From NCBI GenBank assembly GCA_028279595.1, contig JANQNK010000004.1, forward strand, positions 128,001-192,000: a stretch of 64,000 nucleotides of DNA, written 5' to 3'. The notes beneath the pieces are model-generated. The model did no database searches. It was not told where the DNA came from and saw only the letters and a list, made by a program, of their open reading frames with translations. The DNA comes from Thermoplasmatota archaeon. Lineage in GTDB: Archaea; Thermoplasmatota; JAKEGO01. A program made the translations under genes and the position numbers. Positions 18,680 through 27,190 of this stretch are shown piece after piece; within the stretch, counting starts at the first letter, position 1; each line of letters begins with the position of its first letter.

Positions 18680-21600
18680 GTGCAGGTGAACAGCATGAGG
18701 TTTGGTAGTTTAGTTATCGTTGGGATTATGCTTGCAATGGCGCTCACGCTAGTAGTGGGTGTGGAGGGTGCCGACATATATGTGGACGATGATTGGCCCG
18801 GAGCCGATTATGAGACCATACAGGACGCCCTCGACAACTCCCTGGATGGGGACACCATCTATGTGTATGCGGGAACGTACAATGAGACATGTACCGTCAA
18901 TGCCCAGGTCGAGATCTACGGCAACGGGACCGGTGAGACGATGGTCGACGGGGACCCTGACGGGAACATGAGCGGCGATAGGGGTTTCTATATCGCCGAT
19001 GACAAGGTCCTCCTGCAGGGACTCTCGGTCACGGGACATCCCGATGGGATATATATCGACAATAGCGCAGACGTCACGATCAATGATTGTGAGGTCTATG
19101 GCGGAAATTCCGGTATTTACATTTACCAATCACCACGATGCTGGGTTCTGAACAGCACTGTCCACAGTACACTGTACGGCATGTGGGTATACGAAAGTAA
19201 CGATGTGCATCTATACGAGAATTACATTACAAACGTTAGCAATTCGGGCGTGAGACCGTACTTCTCGAACGACCTGCTGATGGCCTACAACAACATCACC
19301 GACACGTGGATGGCGGCCAACGTCTACATGGCCAGACATGCTGTGATCAGGGGCAACGACATGCATTTCAACAATGCAGGCATCATCGATTATTACGGTT
19401 ACGAGAACGTGTTCTCGAACAACAACCTAACCGGAGACGGGAAGACCTACGGCGTACAACTGTACTACACTTACAATGCGTTCATCGGAACCAACACAAT
19501 GGTTGGCAGCGGTTTGATGATCAACGGAGGGAACTACACAAACCACTATCACAAGATCACGCTTGATAACACCGTCAATGGCCTTCCGCTGGAGTACAGG
19601 ACGGAGGATACTTCCGAACTGTTGAACAGCAACTACGGACAGGTCATCTTGGTCGGATGCGAGGATTTCATTGTCGAGAACCAGACCTTCGCCAACACCT
19701 CCGCTGGTGTCCTGCTCTTTTTCACGAATACGTCGAAGGTTAGGAACTGTACGTTCGACAATATCATCTACGGTATCTATTCTTTGGGATCCGACGAGAT
19801 AACGGTGAAGAAGTGCAATTTCACGGAAATCAACTACGGAATCAAAATGAACTTCGACGATAACGACTGGACGTTCGACCTGTTGACGTTCGATCAACTT
19901 GAGTTCAGTGCGATCAAGGCCTACATGTCGGATATCATCGATATTAAGGACCTTATACTCAATGGCTCGGACAATTATGCCATCGATCTGTACAATTGCG
20001 ATTTCGTAACGATGAGCGACCTCGTGATGTCGAACATTACCAGCCATGCTGTGTACGCCCAGTTTGTCCGTATCTTCTCCATCATGGACGTTTCCATCGA
20101 CGGAGTACACGATGGCATTCATCTCGAACACGTCAGGGGTAGCATCATCGAGCGGGTGAGCGTGAACGGGGCCGTCAATGGTATATCCATCGCCCAGGAT
20201 GGGAACACAACAGTCCGCGACTGTGACCTAGCGGTGAACACCACCGGAATATATCTTGATTCGGTATTCGATGGGACATTCTGGAACAACACGATGGTAG
20301 GCGGTGGGTTGATCCTCAACGGCGGCAACATGGACGAGGTCAACACGCACGACATTCCGACGAACAACACGTACGATTCAAAACCCATCATGTACGTAGC
20401 GAATGGAACGGACCTCCTGCTTGACGGGGATTACGCTCAGGTGATACTCGTGAACAGCACGAATGTCACATTAAGCGGACAGATCGTTGACGGGTTCATA
20501 CCTCTGATGGCGTACTATTCCTCGCATTGCAGGATAACCGATGTCCAGTACACCGGTGCGCTCGAGCTCGCGGCCATCGTGTACTATTCCGACAACTTCA
20601 CCTTCGATAATGGATCGTGGACCGATAACTACGGCGGCATCGCGGTAATTGGCTGCGACAACACTACAGTGGAGTACAATCTGTTCGAGAACAATACGGT
20701 GGAGGCATTCGCTTCCTTCAAGTCGAAGTCCAACCTCGTCTACATGAACGAGTTCATCGACAATGGGGCCTCGCAGGTCAGCGACGCCAGCACCTATGGC
20801 GGTAATATGTGGGACAACGGCACGATCGGCAACTACTGGACGGACTACATGGGCTACGATTACGATGGCGATGGGATCGGCAATAATTCGCATCCGATCC
20901 GGGTGATAAGCGGTCCAGCGCAGTACGATAACTATCCGTGGGGCGAGTTCGCGCCGAAGCTGACCAACTGCTCTGTCTCACCCAAGAATGGGACTGCGAC
21001 CACCACGTACACATACTACGTCAAGTACAGCGATTACGAGGGACGCGCTGCAGAGGTCGTCAGGGTCTACATCGATGGTAAGCATTACAATATGACCGCG
21101 AACGGCACCGGCGACTGGACCACGGGATGGTGGTTCACGTTCACGACCGATGAGAACATCACCCTCTCCAAGGGAGCCCACCTCATGGACTTCACCGCCT
21201 ACGATGGGATCCGTTGGGAGGGCCACAACTGCAGTGCAGGGCCCTATGTCAACGTACCGGCTCTTATCTTGAACATCAGTGCCGATCCGATGAGCGGGGC
21301 GAGCACCGAGACCTACACGTTCTATGCGGATTTCTACGACTTCGAGAACGCGACGGCCGAGGAGATGACGATCTCCATCAATGGAGGGGGGTCTCAGGAT
21401 ATGTGGAAGTACAATTCCAGTGACGACATCTCGTTCGATGGGATCACGTACATGTACATCACGACTCTGGATCCCGGCAATCACACCTTCAACCTCTCGG
21501 CACACGACACATGGGAGTGGACATACTCCGTCAACAACACGGGCCCTGTCGTGAACCATCCGCCAGAACTCCCGATGTGGATGGTGGACCCCTCATGGGG

Positions 21601-24448
21601 GGACAACAGCACGAACTTCACCTTCATGGTATCATACAATGACAACGAGACCGAGGAAGCGACCTTGATCTACATCGACTTCGACTGGGGCTCGTACATG
21701 ATGGACCTGAACGGATCGTGTCCATGCACGGGTGGGGCCCAATACCTCTACAATACGACGCTGCCATTCGGGTACCACAACTTCAGCTTCAGAGCATACG
21801 ATGGCGTCGAATGGACGTCCACGGTCATCGACCATGTCAAGGTGAACCAGATACCCGAGATCATGGATGGTTCGTTGTATCCGCTGGAGGGGAATTCCTC
21901 CATGCTATTCACGTTCAATGTGACCTATCTAGACCTGGACGGCGACGAGCCAGAATGGGTGCATGTCAACCTCAACAACGATTCGTACCTGATGAGTCAG
22001 GTCGATGCGATGGACACGAACTACACGAACGCCACGCTCTACGAATACGAGACGTACCTGCTTGCGGGCAATTACACCTACAACTTCTCCGCGAGCGATG
22101 GATATGTCACCATATGGCTTGCCGGCGGCGACATCAGGGTGAACCAGTCAGACGTTCCAGTCAAACCGATCGCTTACATCGACGAGTTATCACCGAACCC
22201 GGCGAGGTCGTTCGACCTGGTCCATTTCCTGGGCCACGGGAGCGGTGGGAACATCACGGAATGGAACTGGACCTCGGATATCGATGGAATGCTACACAAC
22301 GGCCCCGAGTACAATTCAAGTGACCTCAGTTACGGGGACCACAATATCTCGTTCACCGTCATGAACGAGGATGAGCTGTGGAGCGACCCGGTCGTTGTCA
22401 TGCTGTACGTGAACAACCCGCCCGAGCTGTCCGACATGTCGGTCGACCCCGAGTGGGGCACCGACGAGACCGTGTTCAACTTCACCGTCATCTACTCCGA
22501 CGTCGAGGACGTCAACGCGACCGAAGTCGACCTGAACATCGGAGGAACGATCCACATCATGGATATCGCCGATTGGTGTCCGTGTGGTCCGAATACTACC
22601 TACACCCTGATTACAACGCTCGATTTCGGTGAGTATACATTCAACTTCAGTGCGTTCGACGGCATGGAGTGGGTCTGGAGCCCGGACGAGACATTGAAGG
22701 TCGACCAGGCACCGGAACTCTCCGGGTTCAGTATCGAGCCGCTCGGTGGGAACACCTCGACGGTCATCTACTTCAACATTACCTACACGGATGCGGACGA
22801 CGATGCGCCCGAGTACATCGATGTGATGATCGACGGTGACGACTATCCGATGACCAAGGTCGAATCCGGTGACATGGACTACACTGACGGTGTGGAATAC
22901 ACATACTTCGCGCTGATCAGCGAGGGTAACCACACATACTACGTCGAAGCGAGTGACGGATGGATCTCCGTCAGGAGCGACCAGAGGACTGGCTATCTCG
23001 AGGAGGGCAACGAGGAGACGTTCATCCTCGAGGACACGTCGTACGTCGGGAACGCCACGTTCACCATCACATGGGAGGATGAGGAGGACCACACCGGAGC
23101 GGAGAACGAGGGCGACACCTTCAAGCTGACCATCACCGACCCGAACGGGACGGAGATGAACGCGACCGCGACTAACGAGCATGGCGAGCCGGGTGAGATC
23201 ACCATCGTCTTCGAGTACGGTGAGAACGAGACGGTCACCGGCGATTGGACGATCGTCGTCGAGCTTGTCGACGCCGGCGAACAGGAGGCGGTCGGATTCC
23301 CGGTGAACACATCCGATTTCGCGAACAACTTCACGCTGCTTACACCCGCCACACCGCTGGCGGTCGAGGAGGCCGAAGGCCCGGTCAAACCGATCGCATA
23401 CATCGATTCCATAACCCCGAACCCCGCAGAGCCAGGTCAGAAGGTCACGTTCGTCGGGCATGGGACCGGCGGGACCATCGTGGACTATGAGTGGATGTCG
23501 AACATCGACGACGCAATGGAGCTCAGCGACCAGGACATGTTCAACAAGAGCACCCTGTCAGTGGGCACCCACAACATCACCCTGCGTGTGCGCAACGACG
23601 ACGGCCTTTGGAGCGACACGGTGATGGAGCAGCTCATCGTCAGGGGAACGGCTCCACTTCCCGATCTCAAGATCGATACGATAACCATGGTTCCCTCAGA
23701 GCCGAAGGCGGACGAGGAGGTCTCCATCGTCATCAACCTCGAGAACATCGGAAATGCAAGCGCCGAATTCACCATTGGAGTGTACTATCACGATGCGAAC
23801 ACGTCATACATGACCATCGGTGACCTCACCCTGATCGAGACATTCAATATAACGATCGGAGCCGACGGCTCGGATTCGTACACGGCATACTGGGACGCCG
23901 TCGAGGGCGAGTGGGAGATAGTGATCTGGGGCGATCCGGAGGACGAAGTAGTCGAGCTCCGGAAGAACAACAACGTCAAGGACAAGGACATCACGGTATC
24001 CAAGTCGACCGAGAAGGATGAGGACAAGGCGGAGGGCATCGACGCCACCGTCGGGTTCATCATGCTCCTTATCATCCTCGGCGTCGTAGCTGCGATCTTC
24101 TTCCTGATGAGGAAGGCTCCCGAAGGGAAACCACCTGCAGAGGGACCTGAGGACCGGGGCTGGGATAGAGATGAGGACCTCGGTGAGGAGAGGACCGGTG
24201 AGAGCCCCATGCATGAAGAGGGAGGCACCGAGGGCGAGAACCCGATGTACGAGGAGGAGGGCGCCGCTGACGCACCTGACGATCCGGATGCCGGAGACTC
24301 CAAGGCCCCGGAGGATGGCATCGATGACGACCGCAGTCGACGGAAGTCCATCGGGTCCCCTGCAAGCTACGAGGAGAACTTCAACCCGGAAGGCCCGGAC
24401 GATGCGGCCCCTGCCCAGGACTACAACTCATCGAGATCGAACTCGTAA
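18680..24448 (+). CDS. Large membrane-anchored surface protein: signal peptide, right-handed beta-helix (NosD/CASH-like), Ig/PKD-like repeats, CARDB, C-terminal TM and acidic tail
   Basis: N-terminal hydrophobic signal; IYVDDD..ADY.TIQDA start; GNYWTDY.G.D.DGDGIG motif; PDLKI CARDB motif; TM VGFIMLLIILGVVAAIFFLMRK. Confidence 0.88.
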   Translation: MQVNSMRFGSLVIVGIMLAMALTLVVGVEGADIYVDDDWPGADYETIQDALDNSLDGDTIYVYAGTYNETCTVNAQVEIYGNGTGETMVDGDPDGNMSGDRGFYIADDKVLLQGLSVTGHPDGIYIDNSADVTINDCEVYGGNSGIYIYQSPRCWVLNSTVHSTLYGMWVYESNDVHLYENYITNVSNSGVRPYFSNDLLMAYNNITDTWMAANVYMARHAVIRGNDMHFNNAGIIDYYGYENVFSNNNLTGDGKTYGVQLYYTYNAFIGTNTMVGSGLMINGGNYTNHYHKITLDNTVNGLPLEYRTEDTSELLNSNYGQVILVGCEDFIVENQTFANTSAGVLLFFTNTSKVRNCTFDNIIYGIYSLGSDEITVKKCNFTEINYGIKMNFDDNDWTFDLLTFDQLEFSAIKAYMSDIIDIKDLILNGSDNYAIDLYNCDFVTMSDLVMSNITSHAVYAQFVRIFSIMDVSIDGVHDGIHLEHVRGSIIERVSVNGAVNGISIAQDGNTTVRDCDLAVNTTGIYLDSVFDGTFWNNTMVGGGLILNGGNMDEVNTHDIPTNNTYDSKPIMYVANGTDLLLDGDYAQVILVNSTNVTLSGQIVDGFIPLMAYYSSHCRITDVQYTGALELAAIVYYSDNFTFDNGSWTDNYGGIAVIGCDNTTVEYNLFENNTVEAFASFKSKSNLVYMNEFIDNGASQVSDASTYGGNMWDNGTIGNYWTDYMGYDYDGDGIGNNSHPIRVISGPAQYDNYPWGEFAPKLTNCSVSPKNGTATTTYTYYVKYSDYEGRAAEVVRVYIDGKHYNMTANGTGDWTTGWWFTFTTDENITLSKGAHLMDFTAYDGIRWEGHNCSAGPYVNVPALILNISADPMSGASTETYTFYADFYDFENATAEEMTISINGGGSQDMWKYNSSDDISFDGITYMYITTLDPGNHTFNLSAHDTWEWTYSVNNTGPVVNHPPELPMWMVDPSWGDNSTNFTFMVSYNDNETEEATLIYIDFDWGSYMMDLNGSCPCTGGAQYLYNTTLPFGYHNFSFRAYDGVEWTSTVIDHVKVNQIPEIMDGSLYPLEGNSSMLFTFNVTYLDLDGDEPEWVHVNLNNDSYLMSQVDAMDTNYTNATLYEYETYLLAGNYTYNFSASDGYVTIWLAGGDIRVNQSDVPVKPIAYIDELSPNPARSFDLVHFLGHGSGGNITEWNWTSDIDGMLHNGPEYNSSDLSYGDHNISFTVMNEDELWSDPVVVMLYVNNPPELSDMSVDPEWGTDETVFNFTVIYSDVEDVNATEVDLNIGGTIHIMDIADWCPCGPNTTYTLITTLDFGEYTFNFSAFDGMEWVWSPDETLKVDQAPELSGFSIEPLGGNTSTVIYFNITYTDADDDAPEYIDVMIDGDDYPMTKVESGDMDYTDGVEYTYFALISEGNHTYYVEASDGWISVRSDQRTGYLEEGNEETFILEDTSYVGNATFTITWEDEEDHTGAENEGDTFKLTITDPNGTEMNATATNEHGEPGEITIVFEYGENETVTGDWTIVVELVDAGEQEAVGFPVNTSDFANNFTLLTPATPLAVEEAEGPVKPIAYIDSITPNPAEPGQKVTFVGHGTGGTIVDYEWMSNIDDAMELSDQDMFNKSTLSVGTHNITLRVRNDDGLWSDTVMEQLIVRGTAPLPDLKIDTITMVPSEPKADEEVSIVINLENIGNASAEFTIGVYYHDANTSYMTIGDLTLIETFNITIGADGSDSYTAYWDAVEGEWEIVIWGDPEDEVVELRKNNNVKDKDITVSKSTEKDEDKAEGIDATVGFIMLLIILGVVAAIFFLMRKAPEGKPPAEGPEDRGWDRDEDLGEERTGESPMHEEGGTEGENPMYEEEGAADAPDDPDAGDSKAPEDGIDDDRSRRKSIGSPASYEENFNPEGPDDAAPAQDYNSSRSNS

Positions 24449-24562
24449 GATGCCGTTCCAGGCTCGGTCATCGAAACCTGAATGGGTCACGCAGCCCAAC
24501 GTGGGCCAGCATCCTTAAATGTAGCGAGTACGTAACGTGGTAGCGATAGGGGGACTGGTAGA

Positions 24563-27190
24563 CTGAGACCGCTGATTCCGCTCGTGATCGCCGTGACGTT
24601 CCTAGCCATGACCGTGTTCGCAGCAGGTGAGACGATAACCGTGGCACCGGACGAGGGGCCCGGTGTGGATTACACCGTGATACAGGAAGCGATCAATGCA
24701 TCGTCCGCAGGTGATACGATATACATCATGAATGGCGGATATTACGAAATGATCACCATAGACAAGGACATCACTTTGAGGGGGGAGATCGCCGGGCAGG
24801 CCATCATCAATGGCAGCAATCTCTGGGATGTGGTCACCATCCTCGCAGATAATGTCACCATCATCGATCTCACCATTGAAGCGAGCAATCACGCGGTCTC
24901 CGGGATCGCAGGGATCCATATCGAGGGATCGAACTGTACGATATCAGGCTGCATCGTGCGATGGAACCGCAACGGTATAATCATTAAGGACGCCCTTGAA
25001 CCATATGGACATATTTCCAACATATCCATAGTTGACAGCCACTTCGAGGACAATCAGTGGGGCGTCAATGCCTATCTGAACTCGTCAGGTGTGTCAGTGA
25101 GGAACTGCACTTTCATCAACAATTCAGACGGGGTCCAGTTCTGGAGTTCCGACGACGGTTCCGTCCTGGACTGTTCCTTCGACAACAACGTCTACGCCAT
25201 CGATATGCAGGTCTCGAATCGGACCGCGATCGAGGGTGTCGACATCGTTGGACGATACTATGGCATTCAGATGGTGGGTTGCAACGATGTCACGGTCCGG
25301 AGTACCAATATCACCGATGCTCCGTTCGGTGGGTTCACGATCTCGAACTGCCTCGGCATCGGGATGTACGAGGTCGTGATGGTCAACAGCCTCTTCACCC
25401 TGGCAGGCGATGACAGCGGCCACTACGCCACACACACCATCGAGAACTGCACGTCAGATGGTGAGGGCATTCAATATCTGGTCGGGCTGAGCGACAGTGA
25501 ACTGTCCATCGGCGGTGGACCCGTCTACCTCATCGACGGCGCCAACGTAACGATGAGGGATGCGAACAGGACATCGCTGAGATACGGGTTCGTGATCGTC
25601 AATTGCACCGGTGTGACGATCGAAAACGTCTCCTTTTCACAGAATGTCTACGACCTGAGGGCGATAGACTGTACCGATCTGACCGTAAGCGGATGTGTCT
25701 TCGAGGACCCCACTTACAGATCGGTCTGGATAACCCGGGGTTCGGGAACAGCCTTGATCGACAATGACATCCTGAACGGCACAGGGATCTATCTGGATTC
25801 CAGTACGGACCACGAGCTGATGGGGAACAGGATCGCAAGCGGCGATATCATCATCGTCGGAGACGAGCTCGACCATTTCCTGGGCACGTGGACGAACAAC
25901 ACCGTGGACGAAGAGCCTGTGATATACGTTAGAGACGTCCACTCAGGGACATTTACCATCGAAGGCAGCCTTGTCTATCTCGTCAACTGTACCGGTATCG
26001 GAGTGGAGAACGAGACGATATCCCACGATATCCTCGATCTGAACGTCTACTTCTGTGATGACCTCCACTTCACTGACGTCACCTTCAACGGGAGCGAGAT
26101 CGATGGAATGGTAAGGAATTCAACGGTATCCTTCCTCAACAACTCCATCACTTCCGACCTCGAACTGGTCGCCTACGATTCGAGGATCGTGTTCCGGGAC
26201 AACGTACTCGAAAACGAGGACCTTTCCATCAGGTACTACGATCCCGTCTCGGCATCCTTCGAGAGGAACGATATCACCTCGGGTTCGGGCAGGATCAGTG
26301 TTACCCGGGGGAGCTGCAACGTATCCTGGAACGATCTGGATGGATGCAGTCTCTGGTACGGCAGCGTGCAGGACTCCATGGTCCTGTTCAATGATCTGAA
26401 TGGATCCGAGATAAGTCTCTTCACCTGCGAATACATGACCATCTCGAACAATATCGTCATGAACGCTTCGACCGGATTACTTGTCGAAAGGGGATCGCAT
26501 CTATCGATCGCCTCGAACGAATTCACATCTGTGGGTTCAGGGATCGTCATGAACACAGCGGATAACTGCACCATCAGTTCCAACGAGGTCCTTTCGGACC
26601 AAAGATGGGGCTCGGGGATCAGTGTTTCGATATCGGATTCCGAGATCAGCGATAACATCTGCGAAGGGCTGTCATACGGGATCGGTGTGGATTCCTCGGA
26701 CAACCTTACCATATCCGGAAATCACTGTGACGACAATGCATACTCGGGCATCAAGGTAGGCAGGTTCACAACGAACTCGACGGTAACCGCCAATGATTGC
26801 GAGGAGAACACCTACGGGATCGAGATCGACCCCGACGCCAGCAGGAACGTCATCAGCTGGAACGTCCTGATCAACAACACGCTGGGCATCAACGGGAACG
26901 GCACGAACAACACCTTCCTGAACAATACGGTCGAGGACAGGAAGGGATCGCCCCCTGGGCCATCGCCCACGACCGATGGCGACGATGACGACATGGGGAT
27001 CAGGGTCGAGGACCTCATCTGCGTCATCTCACTCTTCGTCTTCGTGATCGTGTTCCTGATATCGGCGTTCGCTCCGAAACATGTGAAGAGGAAGAAAAAG
27101 GAGTTAAAGACCCGTCACAAGACCAGCCAGGACAAGTACCTTAGGACGAAGACGAACCTACCAGAGCATAGGAAGAGAAGATTAAAGTAG
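24563..27190 (+). CDS. Membrane-anchored right-handed beta-helix (NosD/pectin-lyase fold) surface protein
   Basis: DYTVIQEAINASSAGDTIYI start, parallel beta-helix repeats, C-terminal TM followed by a basic tail. The ORF track starts at GTG 24584; an in-frame CTG at 24563 behind AGGGGGA gives a better signal peptide. Confidence 0.85.
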   Translation: MRPLIPLVIAVTFLAMTVFAAGETITVAPDEGPGVDYTVIQEAINASSAGDTIYIMNGGYYEMITIDKDITLRGEIAGQAIINGSNLWDVVTILADNVTIIDLTIEASNHAVSGIAGIHIEGSNCTISGCIVRWNRNGIIIKDALEPYGHISNISIVDSHFEDNQWGVNAYLNSSGVSVRNCTFINNSDGVQFWSSDDGSVLDCSFDNNVYAIDMQVSNRTAIEGVDIVGRYYGIQMVGCNDVTVRSTNITDAPFGGFTISNCLGIGMYEVVMVNSLFTLAGDDSGHYATHTIENCTSDGEGIQYLVGLSDSELSIGGGPVYLIDGANVTMRDANRTSLRYGFVIVNCTGVTIENVSFSQNVYDLRAIDCTDLTVSGCVFEDPTYRSVWITRGSGTALIDNDILNGTGIYLDSSTDHELMGNRIASGDIIIVGDELDHFLGTWTNNTVDEEPVIYVRDVHSGTFTIEGSLVYLVNCTGIGVENETISHDILDLNVYFCDDLHFTDVTFNGSEIDGMVRNSTVSFLNNSITSDLELVAYDSRIVFRDNVLENEDLSIRYYDPVSASFERNDITSGSGRISVTRGSCNVSWNDLDGCSLWYGSVQDSMVLFNDLNGSEISLFTCEYMTISNNIVMNASTGLLVERGSHLSIASNEFTSVGSGIVMNTADNCTISSNEVLSDQRWGSGISVSISDSEISDNICEGLSYGIGVDSSDNLTISGNHCDDNAYSGIKVGRFTTNSTVTANDCEENTYGIEIDPDASRNVISWNVLINNTLGINGNGTNNTFLNNTVEDRKGSPPGPSPTTDGDDDDMGIRVEDLICVISLFVFVIVFLISAFAPKHVKRKKKELKTRHKTSQDKYLRTKTNLPEHRKRRLK

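Noticed and set aside
18214-27190. Integrated element or genomic island at tRNA-Lys
   Set aside because: No integrase or distal att copy was recognised in the window. Only local duplications are supported.
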